Source: Eledone cirrhosa
Taxonomy: Eukaryota
DNA length: 64,000 nucleotides
Assembly: GCA_964016885.1 (NCBI GenBank)
Contig: OZ024750.1
Span: 36,084,001-36,148,000 of the forward strand
Direction of reading: 5' to 3'
Program-made: the position numbers and the translations under genes
In this document: positions 27,241-40,290 of the stretch, piece by piece
Layout: every line of letters starts with the position of its first letter
Numbering within the stretch: the stretch's first letter is position 1
The notes under the pieces: generated by a model
The model's database searches: none
Told to the model about the DNA's origin: nothing
Seen by the model: the letters and a program-made list of their open reading frames with translations, nothing else

Positions 27241-28254
27241 CTAAGAAAACCAAAGTTAAACAGGAAGAACGAATGGAATAACAACATCCATACTCAAACA
27301 CACAATACTGACCTAAGGTAAATATAAACACACATAAACACACATTAACACACACTAGTGAACAACGATAGAATACAAAAACACATAAACTCAGACACAA
27401 ACACACACACACCAAACAGAAAACACATATGCAAACTGATGCGCAAACAAAGACAGAGACAAGAATAAATAAATAAAATTTAAATGGCGTAGACATTACA
27501 ATACAACGAGAGGAAACATAATATTACCACTGATGATGTCATATATGTGTGACAAAAGAAATTTGATAGTGTATATGTATATATATATATATTTATATCT
27601 GTATTTTTAACCGTTGGTCAATCAATGATAAACATTGATTGCCAGATCAATTAACTATGGAGATATAAAAGATACAGAAGCGAAACCCAACCCAAACCAA
27701 ACAGTGAGTGTGTTTTATTATTATTTCTGGCAATATTATAACAATATGACCCTCCCCAAATGTAACAACATTTATATATATATATATATATATATATACT
27801 TCAAGGAGACAATATATTTATATCATCATCATCACCGTTTTACATCCATTTTCCATGCTAGCATGGGTTAGACGAATATATATGTGTGTGTGTGTGTACA
27901 TGCGCACACACATATACATGTATGTAATGTATGTATATATATGTTCTCTCTTTCTCTTAGCCTTTTTTGACTGGCCACCCTCCTGGTGGCAAGGTTGTAA
28001 AGAAAAGGAAATTGTCATCGTTTCTTGTGTAAGCATACATCTGTCTGCCTTAAAAATAATGGATGCTTACACAAGGAACAACAACAATTTCATTTTTTTT
28101 ACAATGTTGTGAATGTGTGTGTATGGATGTATGTATATTTACTGGCCATGTGTGTGTGTGCACCTTAAAGGAAAAACTTGTTTACATATTGATGCTTCAA
28201 TGAAGATGATGCCCACACACATGGTCAGTAAATAAATACCTTTTATATCATGGA

Positions 28255-28575
28255 GGCACATGGCTTAGTGGTTAAAGGTTGTGAGTTCAATTCTCAGACC
28301 GGGTGATGTGTTGTTTCCTTGAGCAAGACACTTTATTTCACATTGCTCCAGTTTACTCAGCTGTAGAAATGAGATGACAGGACTGAGGTCCCTATCTTTC
28401 CACTGTAAAGTGGACGTGGAGGTGCTACGGCAAAAAAGCACCCAGCACTCACTGTAAATGAGGTTGGTGTTAGGAAGGGCATCCAGCTGTAGAAATCAAG
28501 CCAGAATCAGTTCCCGTCCCACCCTTGCAAGCAGGGAAAAGCGGACGTAAAATGATGATGATGATGATGATGATC
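28255..28575 (+). mobile_element. SINE family B (small deletion in head)
   Basis: ggcacatggcttagtggtt ... gcagggaaaagcggacgtaaaatgatgatg. Confidence 0.88.
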
Positions 28576-28855
28576 ATCATCATCATCACCATTAACATCC
28601 ACATTTCCTTGCTTGCATGGGTTAGATGGGCTGTTCTGTTGTGGGCAATGCTAGGTCAGGTCACCATGACTTGCACATACAGAACTGATATGAGCTTGGT
28701 TTCTACAACTGGCTGCCCTTCCTAATGCCAACCTCATTTACAATGAGTACTGGACTGGATACGTTTTTGTTGTGTCAATTATATATTTTATATATGATTA
28801 ATTCTCATGATTTCTCTACAAAGGTATTGAAAATAACATTCTTTGGAGAATAAAA

Positions 28856-29412
28856 GGCACTGGTTTGCTATTGTCTGTCAAAAGTGAAAGTATGCGTCTC
28901 AGCAAGCGGTGAAACCCGCCAGTTTGCCCCGTCATTTATATATCCGTATTTTCAATGGTTAGAGTTAAGAGACGAGATAACATAGAGAATAAAAATATTT
29001 AATTCATACCGAAAAATAAATTCGATCAGATGGGAATGAAGCAAATTTCTTGCTGTTCCATTTTCTCAATAGCACGGATAGTGATTACGAATGTGTTCTC
29101 ATAATTTCTCGAAAATTTCATCCTTAAATTCATACCGCCACATGAATTCAATCAGATGGGAATCAAGCAAGTTTCTTGCTGTTCCATTCACTCTTTTGTT
29201 ACGATTTTTTTACGTCTCCACAAGCATTCGATGTGGTTAGTTGTGGCAATAGATAAGATATTTTTCATACAAAGTACAATTCCATGTATTATATTTTTCA
29301 CTTTCATTCTTTCACTTTTGGATATAAAACGACGGGGGGAACTATAAGTAGGGTTTCACCGCTTGCTGAGACGCATACTTTCACTTTTGATAGACAATAG
29401 CAAACCAGTGCT
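28856..29412. mobile_element. MITE with ~60-90-bp TIRs and an 8-bp TSD (Merlin- or hAT-like)
   Basis: gcactggtttgctattgtctgtcaaaagtgaaagtatgcgtctcagcaagcggtgaaaccc inverted at 29350-29411; GAATAAAA at 28848-28855 and 29413-29420. Confidence 0.88.
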
Positions 29413-29674
29413 GAATAAAATATATGTAAATCCAATAAATAATGTATTAATTGTTGAACCTTGGTGATCTATTATTTGTGTTATATATACCCTGTGATTT
29501 ACACATCTACAGTGATTGGAAGTATACTAACAGGATATACCTCTGTACTGCCTTTCACCAAACTGAATATTAAAACAAATCACATCTAATCTTTAAATAT
29601 CTGAATGCCTTGCCATTGTATTATAAACTTACAGAATTTACCTTATATATACTTACACATATACACACACGCAC

Positions 29675-30187
29675 ATCATCATCATAATCATCAACGTTTA
29701 ACGTCCGTGTTCCACGCTTGCATGGGTTTGGACGGGGGTTTTCCCACTTGAAGCAAGAGTGATTGTCTTGCTCGGACTGTCTGGCAGGTTTTCTACAGCT
29801 GGATGCCCTTCCTAACACCAACCACATTTACAGTGTGGGTCTGGGAGGTTTTTACCGTGTTGCCTACACGGCCACATTACAGCGTGGACTGTGTGTTTTT
29901 TTTGTCGTGACACCTACACGATCTCATTTGTTTCGGCCTGGGTGGTGTAGCACCAACATAACTTTACATAGAAGGGGACGGTGTGGATGGGGTGGGGGTG
30001 GTGGGACGGGGGTGTATTTTGTTAGAGATGCCTACTGACTGTAGTAGGTTTTACTTTGTATTTAGGTAAGGCGGGTCTTCTCTATTACTGAGTACCGCCA
30101 AAGGTCTCGGTCCAGTGACATTGTCTTGGTGAGGTGTAAGTGTGTGAGGTCGGAGTTTATCAGCTCGTCCCAGGTTTTTCTGGGTCT
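29675..30187 (-). mobile_element. RTE LINE 3' end with long 3'UTR (family C)
   Basis: Reverse complement of 47965-48490; encodes RPRKTWDELINSDL; (CAT)n tail. Confidence 0.88.
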
Positions 30188-31277
30188 ATATATATATATT
30201 CATATATACAATGATATTAAATAAATGGAAACTATATTTTTAAAACCATATTTATTCTATTATATATATTTCAAGGGTACCAAAAATTTTGCTACGCTAT
30301 CATCAGATAAAATACAAAATGTTTTATAAATATTTGATATGACCAAGGATAATATACCTTAACGGTTCAAGTTATCCCTGGAAAGTGGATAATATTGAAT
30401 ACTTACTCCAGATATCTGTCGAGTGCTCTGAATCAGTTATAAACATCTATATTTGTTGGATTTCCAACAAATTAAATATCTCTTCTATATATATTCATAT
30501 ATATATATATTTATATATTTATATATTCATACATAACCCATGCTAGCATGGAAGATGGATGTTAAACAAAGATGATGATGATGATAATGATGGTATATGT
30601 TTTTTTCTGTGTATGTAAACATATATGTATATTTATACACACACATGTGTGTGTGTCTTTTTATATTCTATAAGAATAATATGACAATTGAATAATTTAA
30701 TATAGAGAAAACCATTAACAATGAGAGAGTAATAAAAGATGTAACTCTAATCTGTTATGCATTCCATTAAGCAAGATCTGCTTTGAAAATAGCACCGAGT
30801 GTATGTAATAGAAATATCTGTTCCTGTTAGATTTGCTTACATAATTTATGTAAGCTGTATAATTCCATTCCATTGCAAATATGAGTCAAATAGAATTTGT
30901 TCATTTTTCATTTTTGATAAACAAAACTGTTTTCATAGAAATGCTATATTCTGCTGTCGTATGAAAAGAATCATGTTGTTTTTTGTTTTTGTTTTTTAAG
31001 AAAGAAAGCTTAACAGAACAACTGTTCGACTTAAAAGACATGTAGTCTTAATTCAATACAATAAAATATCTTGTCGACATAATATTTATGAAATATACTC
31101 CTGACATTAACTTGATCAAGGGAAGGAAATATCATTCAATAAATATTTGTTATACAGCTTTTAATTTGATATTGTTAAAATATGTGTATTAAAAAATACA
31201 CATTATATATATATATACATATATATTTATATCATCATCATCATCATTGTCATTTTAACAACCACTATCCCTGTTAG

Positions 31278-31311
<34 letters not shown>

Positions 31312-31342
31312 AAAGAATAGAGGTGTAACACACGAGTTGTGA

Positions 31343-31580
31343 TATATTGGTAAAAGGAAAAAAAAAATGCTGGCAAATTGTTCCCAGTGAAAAATAGTTT
31401 AATTAGGAATAAGTAAAAATTAGTAATAAGTATTGGTTAGTATTCAGTTTTAGTTTTAAGTTTTTACCGGTTGCGCATTTCTAATGCTTTTCAAAAATAA
31501 TTTTGAGATAGAGCGCCCGTGATGTTTGCTCTAATTCACTGGGAACAATTTGTCAACATTTTCTATTCGTTTTACCAATA
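31343..31580. mobile_element. MITE-like element with ~50-bp TIRs in a TA context (Tc1/mariner-like)
   Basis: atattggtaaaagg..aaaatgctggcaaattgttcccagtgaa inverted as ttcactgggaacaatttgtcaacatttt..cgttttaccaatat. Confidence 0.7.
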
Positions 31581-31589
31581 TATATATAT

Positions 31590-31691
31590 ATTTAATGTAT
31601 AAAAATCAATACAATATAATTACCTCATTACCAGAGGTAATTACCTCTGGTAATGAGGTAATTATATTGTATTGATTTTTATACATTAAAT
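31590..31691. repeat. Perfect 102-bp palindrome with no spacer
   Basis: Centre ccagaggtaa|ttacctctgg at 31640/31641; 51-bp arms match exactly. Confidence 0.95.
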
Positions 31692-32211
31692 TTTGCTCTG
31701 ATACTTACATAGAGCACTCTTCATTTCTATGACCTTTTCTGTTTCCAACGGAAATTTCAATACTTATATATATATATATCATCATCATCATCATCATCTT
31801 GCTCGTACAGAAGTGTCTTTGGAAGGTTTTCTACGGCTGGATGCCCTTCCTAACACCATTTCTCATCACATTGGCCTGGTAATTCCGTGTCAGTAAGCTT
31901 TGATCTTGGGCAGGCTAAGACGAAGTCTTCACTCTCTGCCTTTAGCCCCGAGTTATGTAGCTACTGATGGGTGTGCTTTTGGTCAACATCAGCTTGTTTG
32001 CTATGGGCCACATATTTGCCATGCAGAGGTTTCTGCTCCCATTTTGAGGCTAATTGCTTTCACCATTAATTCTATGTGCTTAGCAGCATCAGTTGCAACA
32101 GTTTCCTAAGTCTGTCCAACCTGGGTATCAAGCATAGTTTGTGCTCTCCTTCAAGATAGAATGAAGCTTCTTACTTCTCTCATGTTTTTCAACAAGTTTC
32201 AACATACAGTC

Positions 32212-33965
32212 ATTATTATTATTATTATTGTTATTGCATTTATCTTGCTTTATGTTCATATGAGTTATGACCAAGTCACAACCAGTGACCTCAAGAGACA
32301 ACAAGGTTCGCCATGTTCAAGAAAGAACATACATACACACATGTATCTTTAGGTATTTAGAGATGTGACAGAATCTTCCTTAGTATGTGGGCAGTTCCCA
32401 TTAGTACTATCTTTTGTATTTCTTCTATACGCGGGTTTCCTTGGATTTGGGATAAGTAATCATTAGACCCCTTAGGTATCATTCCCAGAGCACCTACAAC
32501 CACTGGTATTGTGTTAGTTCTCAACTTCCACATTTTTCCAATCTCTATCTCCAGGTCTTTATACTTGCTCAATTTTTCAAATGTTTTTAGATATACATTC
32601 TTGTCTATAGGAACGGACATATCAATTCGAAGGCATACCCTCTTTTTAAAGTCCTTCAGTATTATATCAGGTCTATTTGCATCTATTTTTCGGTCTGTTT
32701 GGATGCTAAAATTCCACAAAATTGAGATGTGACCTTTTTCAAGTATGGTTGGTGGCTGATGCTCCCACCAATTCTTTTGATGGGGCAGGTCAAAATGCTT
32801 ACACATTATCCAATGTATGTATTGTGCAGCTCTATCATGCCTGTTTAGGTATTCGGTTGGAACTATAGGACTGCACATTGAAATTATATGATCAATGGTC
32901 TCTGGTTGTTTTTTTACATACACGGCATAATGGGTTGCATCCATTTTTTATTATGTTGGCTTGATAATTTTTTGTTGGCAGACACTGATCTTGTGCTGAT
33001 ATAATCAGTCCTTCAGTCTCCAATTTCAGTCCAGGGGATGCCAACCACTGATGGGTTAAAGTTTTGTCAACATCAGGATTGTTAGCTCTTTCTGGGTATT
33101 TTCCATACAGAGGCTTTTCTTGCCATTTCTTAGCCAGATTCTGTAGCAGTTCTTTCTTTACAGTTACTTTTACCTGCTTTGCTTTTTCTGTGTTTTTCAT
33201 TTCAGGAGTAAATGGAACTTCTAAAATTTGTAGTTCATTACTGTATCTTTGTGCATCTTTTGATGCTTTCATATTTCAAAACGTCCTCCTTCTTTCCTAG
33301 GGAGATATATTCTCTCTGCATCTGCCTTAGGGTGATGCATTCTGTGCATGATTAAGAATTTTCTAATTTTTGTATCGAGCCTATGGATCTCTGTGCTTGA
33401 CCAGTTGATGACATTGAAACTGTAGGTTACTAGTGGTATGGCAAGTGTGTTTATGGCATAGATCCTATTCCTTGCATTCAATTCCATTCTTAAGATTGCT
33501 CTTACTCTGTGGTAACATTCCTTCCTTATCCTTTCCCCCATTGTCGAGTGCTTGATTCCATCTCCTTCATAAACACCTAGATATTTGTAAGTTTCCTCTT
33601 GATCAAGTTCTCTTATCACATCAAGATTAATGTCTGAACTTCTCAGCAGCTTTCCTCTGGTGAACGTGGCTTTGGCGCATTTATCTAGTCCAAACTCCAT
33701 TTTAATATCATCACTGAACTGCTTCACAGTGGATAATAGCTCTTGCAATTGCTCATCATTGTTTGCAAATAGTTTCAGGTCATCCATGTAGAACATGTGA
33801 TTAATGGTTTTGTCATAGACATTATATCCATATTTTGTTTCATTGAGCATTTTACTTAATGGTATAAATATGATGCAGAATAAAGGCGGTGATAAAGAGT
33901 CACCCTGAAAAATTCAACAATTAATATTAACTTCTCTAGCTTCCAGTGATTTTTGTTCACTATTC
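32212..33965 (-). mobile_element. R4/Dong-clade LINE (RT + CCHC + restriction-like endonuclease), 5'-truncated and frameshifted
   Basis: IFQGDSL, HMFYMDDLKLFA, GLDKCA, YKYLG, CRVC..ETIDHIISMC, RHD, RPDI, K..KY across ORFs 33269-33850, 32892-33272, 32357-32944; (AAT)n at the 3' end. Confidence 0.92.
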
Positions 33966-33969
33966 AAAA

Positions 33970-34085
33970 GTCTGAGGTCAAATCCCGACGAGGCTAACTT
34001 TTCCTTTCATCTTTACGGGGTCGATAAATAAAGCACCAGTAATGTACTGGGGTGATTGCTGGCCTTGTGCCAAAAGTAGAAACAG
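33970..34085 (+). mobile_element. SINE family A, 3' half
   Basis: caaatcccgacgaggctaacttttcctttcatc...gccttgtgccaaaagtagaaaca. Confidence 0.8.
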
Positions 34086-34760
34086 TTGTTATTCTTATTT
34101 CCTTTATTATTTTTATTATGCATTATTACTGCTTTACTGAGCACAGCTCTGTGTGCCTTGGGTATGTGCAGTGTAGTTTTTGCTGATGTGGTTTCTATTG
34201 TATTGATAGTACTTTTCGTAATAAGTGTGCAGTGCCTAGTAGTGCTATCTTTTGTAAGTCCTGGGTTTTGGTTATGTATTTGTCTCTGTGCTTTTTTATC
34301 ATTCCTAGAGCACCGATTATTGTAGGTATCATTTCTGTTTTCATTTTCCAGATTTGTGTTATTTTTCTATCTCTAGATCTTTATATTTGGAGAGTTTCTC
34401 TATTTCCTTGGAAGATATATTGTCATCTGTGGGGATTGATACATCTATTAGAATGCATTTGTTTCCTTTGTGGTCTTGGACTATGATATCTGGTCAGTTG
34501 GCCTTGATCTCTCTGGCTGTATGTAATGGCATATCCCAGAGAATGGTTGCTTTGTCATTCTCTGACACTTTTTTGTGTGTTTGTACCATCTTTTTTCTAT
34601 TGATATTTCATAATGCTGGCATAATTTCCAGTGTATGAATGTCCCAACTCAATCAGGCCTGTGGATATATTCTTTTTATGCTAGAGCTGGGCATCCTGAG
34701 ACTATGTGGTTGATTGTTTCTTCCCTATCTCCACATATTCTATAGTTACTTATTGTGCTT
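34086..34760 (-). mobile_element. Second, more decayed R4/Dong LINE 3' fragment
   Basis: RICGDREETINHIVSGCPALA, ATILWDMP, PDI, LIDVSIP motifs with stops and frameshifts. Confidence 0.8.
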
Positions 34761-35049
34761 TGTTTCATTATGCACTTCTGGTAGTTTCTGGTCCTGCACT
34801 GCCAGCACTCCCACCAGCAGCAGCAGGGGGCAGTGAATTTGTCTTCTATCACAGCCTTACATATATCTTGGGTATAAGTTCTGAGTGTCACTAGGTGTCA
34901 CTAACTTTATATGGGTAGCAGTTCTTAAAATGTATTTTCAGTTCTTTTGTAAGGGTGCAAAACATGGAGTGTGAAGAGTATCGAAGGGAACCAATTAGGT
35001 GCTTTTGACACCGAATCCTTGGCATCGCCAACAAAGAAGTCCATCAATG

Positions 35050-36581
35050 AACCCACCAACAACATGTGTCTAACATCATGTGTGTTGACTTGATTGGTTG
35101 GGACATGTCACATGACTCCGAACCCACCAACAACATGTGTCTAACATCATGTGTGTTGACTTGATTGGTTGGGACATGTCACATGACTCCGAACCCACCA
35201 ACAACGTGTCTAACATCATGTGTGTTGACTTGATTGGTTGGGACATGTCACATGACTCCGAACCCACCAACAACGTGTCTAACATCATGTGTGTTGACTT
35301 GATTGGTTGGGACATGTCACATGACTCCGAACCCACCAACAACGTGTCTAACATCATGTGTGTTGACTTGATTGGTTGGGACATGTCACATGACTCCGAA
35401 CCCACCAACAACATGTCTAACATCATGTGTGTTGACTTGATTGGTTGGGACATGTCACATGACTCCGAACCCACCAACAACGTGTCTAACATCATGTGTG
35501 TTGACTTGATTGGTTGGGACATGTCACATGACTCCGAACCCACCAACAACGTGTCTAACATCATGTGTGTTGACTTGATTGGTTGGGACATGTCACATGA
35601 CTCCGAACCCACCAACAACGTGTCTAACATCATGTGTGTTGACTTGATTGGTTGGGACATGTCACATGACTCCGAACCCACCAACAACGTGTCTAACATC
35701 ATGTGTGTTGACTTGATTGGTTGGGACATGTCACATGACTCCGAACCCACCAACAACATGTCTAACATCATGTGTGTTGACTTGATTGGTTGGGACATGT
35801 CACATGACTCCGAACCCACCAACAACATGTGTCTAACATCATGTGTGTTGACTTGATTGGTTGGGACATGTCACATGACTCCGAACCCACCAACAACATG
35901 TCTAACATCATGTGTGTTGACTTGATTGGTTGGGACATGTCACATGACTCCGAACCCACCAACAACATGTGTCTAACATCATGTGTGTTGACTTGATTGG
36001 TTGGGACATGTCACATGACTCCGAACCCACCAACAACATGTGTCTAACATCATGTGTGTTGACTTGATTGGTTGGGACATGTCACATGACTCCGAACCCA
36101 CCAACAACATGTGTCTAACATCATGTGTGTTGACTTGATTGGTTGGGACATGTCACATGACTCCGAACCCACCAACAACATGTCTAACATCATGTGTGTT
36201 GACTTGATTGGTTGGGACATGTCACATGACTCCGAACCCACCAACAACATGTCTAACATCATGTGTGTTGACTTGATTGGTTGGGACATGTCACATGACT
36301 CCGAACCCACCAACAACATGTGTCTAACATCATGTGTGTTGACTTGATTGGTTGGGACATGTCACATGACTCCGAACCCACCAACAACATGTGTCTAACA
36401 TCATGTGTGTTGACTTGATTGGTTGGGACATGTCACATGACTCCAAACCCACCAACATGTGTCTCACATCATGTGTGTTCACTTGATTGGTTGGGACATG
36501 TCACATGACTCCGAACCCAGCAACAACATGTCTAACTTCATGTGTGTTGACTTGATTGGTTGGGACATATCACATGACTCC
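35050..36581. repeat. 69/71-bp tandem array, about 22 copies
   Basis: gaacccaccaacaacgtgtctaacatcatgtgtgttgacttgattggttgggacatgtcacatgactcc. Confidence 0.97.
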
Positions 36582-36710
36582 CAAGTGAGAGACATGCTAA
36601 TCAGGTCCTGTAGTGGCACCCCCTCCCCTCTCATGGAAAAAAAGTGAAGAGGACACCCCTGGTGTCAGACAATTGACAGGATCCCAAAACCGCTCAACAA
36701 AAGTTGGAAA

Positions 36711-37272
36711 GATATATTGACAGATGCAACTGACTGTGGTCATTGGAGCACTATGGTTGCCTCATGTGTCTCAAGATGTGGGATGTATTGACAGATGTAA
36801 CTGACTGGTCATTGGAGTACTATGGTTGCCTCATGTGTCTCAAGATGTGGGATGTATTGACAGATGCAACTGACTGTGGTCATTGGAGCACTATGGTTGC
36901 CTCATGTGTCTCAAGATGTGGGATGTATTGACAGATGTAACTGACTGTGGTCATTGGAGCACTATGGTTGCCTCATGTGTCTCAAGATGTGTGATGTATT
37001 GACAGATGCAACTGACTTTGGTCATTGGAGCACTATGGTTGCCTCATGTGTCTCAAGATGTGGGATATATTGACAGATGCAACTGACTGTGGTCATTGGA
37101 GCACTATGGTTGCCTCATGTGTCTCAAGATGTGGGATGTATTGACAGATGTAACTGACTGGTCATTGGAGCACTATGGCTGTCTCACGTGTCTCAAGATG
37201 TGGGATGTATTGACAGATGTAACTGACTGGTCATTGCAGCACTATGGTTGCCTCATGTGTCTGAAGATGTTG
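36711..37272. repeat. 71/69-bp tandem array, about 8 copies
   Basis: gatgtattgacagatgcaactgactgtggtcattggagcactatggttgcctcatgtgtctcaagatgtgg. Confidence 0.95.
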
Positions 37273-37437
37273 GAGATTCTATGTCTACATAAGTCTAAGT
37301 TCTTAAAAGATGCTGTTGACATTGTAATTTTACTTACAGCTGTTAGCCCCTAATAAAAATATTTTCTTTGTATTCCTTAAATTCTGTGTAAGCTTTATAA
37401 TACATAACTAACTATTTAAGCTAAATTCTTCATCTCC

Positions 37438-37640
37438 TTCTTGCATATCATTATCTACTTTTTGAATTTCATTATCTAATTTTTGCATATAATTATCTAC
37501 ATATTGCATATCATTATGTACTTCTTGCATATCATTATCTACTTCTCACATATTATCTACTTCTAACTTATCATTACTACATGCTGCATATCATTATCTA
37601 GGTCTTGCATATCATTATATACTTCTTGTATATCACCATC
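37438..37640. repeat. Degenerate ~21-bp minisatellite
   Basis: cttcttgcatatcattatcta repeated about 9 times. Confidence 0.85.
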
Positions 37641-38152
37641 TTAGTAAAAAATGAATCTTTTGGAATATTAATATTTGAATATTCTGCTCTGATAATTAAG
37701 CTTTTACATTTAGCGTTGAAATTTGTCAGATTCATGTAACATTGGTTTCATATTATTATTGATCAGACTCCTAAAAAACTCTTCCAGGCATAAAGTGAAG
37801 CAGTTACTCAAACTTATTCCATTAAATATCATTTCTTTCATTGCTTTCTGCACTTGAACCAAATATTTTCCTGGCTTCACTATTTGACATTCAAGAACTA
37901 GGACGCTATATTTAAATTCTTCATATGATTTACTAAGTATGCAATTTTAGTTCTGTAGTTCAAGTGACAGTTCAAACGACTCTGTCAATCTGTCTATTAA
38001 CAAACCCAAATTATTTACAAAACCTGATGATTGTAAGACTTTATTTAAGGCCTTCTTCCTTTACGCTTTCTAAACTAGATCTTGAAACATCACAGCTCAC
38101 TCCTACAAGTTGGTTACAAATATATTCATAATGATTATTATATTTGCTTTTA

Positions 38153-38350
38153 GGGTGGTGGATTGGCAGTATCGGTAGAGGGTCGGACGCCATGCTTTGC
38201 AAGCAAAGAGTTACGGCCCTTGCCATTCTGAGTTCAAATCCCGCCGAGGTTAACTTTGCCTTTCATCCTTACGAGGTCGATAAAATAAAGTACCAGTAAT
38301 GCACTGGAATAACTGCTGGCCTTGTGCCAAAGTGCCAAAAGTAGAAACAA
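38153..38350 (+). mobile_element. SINE family A, full length
   Basis: ggtggtggattggcagtatcggtagagggtcggacgcc...gagttcaaatcccgccgagg...gtagaaacaa. Confidence 0.9.
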
Positions 38351-39309
38351 TTATTATATTACACCCATACATGCCCTTATGTTTTGTTCATAGACCTTTT
38401 GATATCATTAATACAATAGAAAAAGGATAAGTCCTCAGACCACTGAAGTAACGTTAATTAAAGTAAGTATCTCGCTCAAGTACACAATGTACTGTCTGGT
38501 GCTGGCAGGAATTGAACTCATAATCTTATGATCCTTAAGCAAACAACCTAACCACTAAGTGACATGCCTCCACAAAATATAAGGAATATAATTTATAAGA
38601 AAGTAGCTAAAATTCATTCAACCACACAACTTCATTTTCTGCATCATCTTAATTAAGTTTAACCCCAGAACAGGCACGGAGCCAAACAATTCTAATTAAG
38701 AAAATCACCAAGCATCTGATTTTTGTTCTAGAATCATTTATGCTCCATCAATATTTGTGATAACACATTTTCCTTTAGGTCAATCCACTTCAATCTAATC
38801 CAGGCCCTTCTCACTCCTACCGGAGGAACCCATATCTGGTTGACCTCCACCACTTTCTGTTTGGTTTTGGCCATGTCAGGGTTGTAGCCGTACTCACCAG
38901 GCTTGGTCAGGTTGGTGAAGCTATTTAACCTTTTTGGGGTGGATGGCTGTTGACTCTGAGGAGTTCATTTGCCCTTTTTAGGTATTGCAGAGAAAAAATA
39001 TTTTTTGTAAGCAACTTAGAAGCCTATCTTAAATAGATATAGCATTTCTACCAAACTTTAAATGTTCTAAGTTAAAATAGCTATTTTCAACCATAGATAT
39101 TGACCATACAAACTATGTCTCCAAATCTACCACCACTTAAATATTCTCACCACCACTACTTCCCCTCCTTTGCTATAGAAGGCCAGTCATTTCCCCTGAC
39201 TCATCACTCTGTCATATTACACCACACTCATAGCTTCATATTTATCTCCCTTCACCTCTCGCTCCCCAAACCCTCATAGAACAGAAAGTGCTCTTAATGT
39301 GGGGAAAAT

Positions 39310-39680
39310 AACTAACAGCCTTTCTTGTGTTGGTGGTACTAAAATGCACCTGGTAAACCCTATGAAGTGGTTGGCAATAGGAAGGACACCTCACTGTAGA
39401 AACCTTTAGTTGTGTCACAATGCCACAACTTCTCTAGTGTTAATGATCTACATTCGAAACATACCCAGTACATACTATAATGAAATTAGTGAGAGGAAGG
39501 ACATCCAGTCATAGAAAATTTCTAAAAGATAAAGGGTTGAGAGGACTCTTCAGTTGTGTCAAGCACATGATAAGCTCACTAGTGTTGGTGCCATGATAGA
39601 ATGTACTCGGTAGAATCTGGGACTGTATAGAAGTGAGATGTAGATCCCTGGCTTGTCTGGGAGGTCAATGATGATGATGG
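39310..39680 (+). mobile_element. Old interspersed repeat with tandem copies of the ggaagg(g/a)catccagc domain
   Basis: Similar to 59820-60300; ends in a (GAT/GGT)n tail. Confidence 0.55.
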
Positions 39681-39946
39681 TGGTGGTGGTGGCGGTGGCG
39701 GTAGTGGTGGCGGTGGCTGCTATTGTTGTTGTTGTCGTTGTCGCCGACGATGCAGACGACAATCACTGTCTCTCACATTTGATTCTCTGCGTCAGTAGGA
39801 TGTACTCTAAGATGAGGCTGTTCCTATTTGAACAGCTAGTCCAGTTGGGTCCCAACTATAATATAACTATACTGTACTACCTCTGTTGAGTAATGGGTTA
39901 ACTAGTTTCAAACTGAAACCATCCTGATTTATATATATATATATTA

Positions 39947-40290
39947 TCATCATCATCATCATCATTTTACATTCGCTTTTTCCCTGCTTGCAAGGGTGGG
40001 ACGGGAACAGATTCTGGCTTGATTTCTACAGCTGGATGCCCTTCCTAACACCAACCTCATTTACAGTGAGTGCTAGGTGCTTTTTTTTTTCTGTGACACC
40101 TCCACGTCCACTTTACAGTGGAATGATAGGGACCCCAGTCCTATCATCTTATTTCTACAGCTGAGTAAACTGGAGCAATGTGAAATAAAGTGTCTTGCTC
40201 AAGGAAACAACACATCACCCGGTCTGAGAATTGAACTCACAACCTTACGATTGCAAGGCCAATGCTCTAACCACTAAGCCATGTGCCTCC
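39947..40290 (-). mobile_element. SINE family B, full length
   Basis: Near-identical to 61891-62235. Confidence 0.92.

Larger units (their letters stand above)
34950..37300 (+). mobile_element. Decayed RTE LINE 3' end hosting two internal tandem arrays
   Basis: GCKTWSVK..LGAFD before array 1; *LDWLGHVT*L in the monomer; PSERHANQVL*WHP..GKK..RGHP after it; ATDCGHWSTMVASC in array 2; ctaagt-like tail. Confidence 0.75.

Noticed and set aside
30270-30312. Minus-strand ctgatga as a hammerhead ribozyme
   Set aside because: GAAA box and flanking stems cannot be built convincingly
35076-35856. 239-aa and 250-aa repeat proteins on opposite strands
   Set aside because: The 69-bp unit is a multiple of 3; 71-bp units break the frames, and the ancestral frame is the RTE one containing stops
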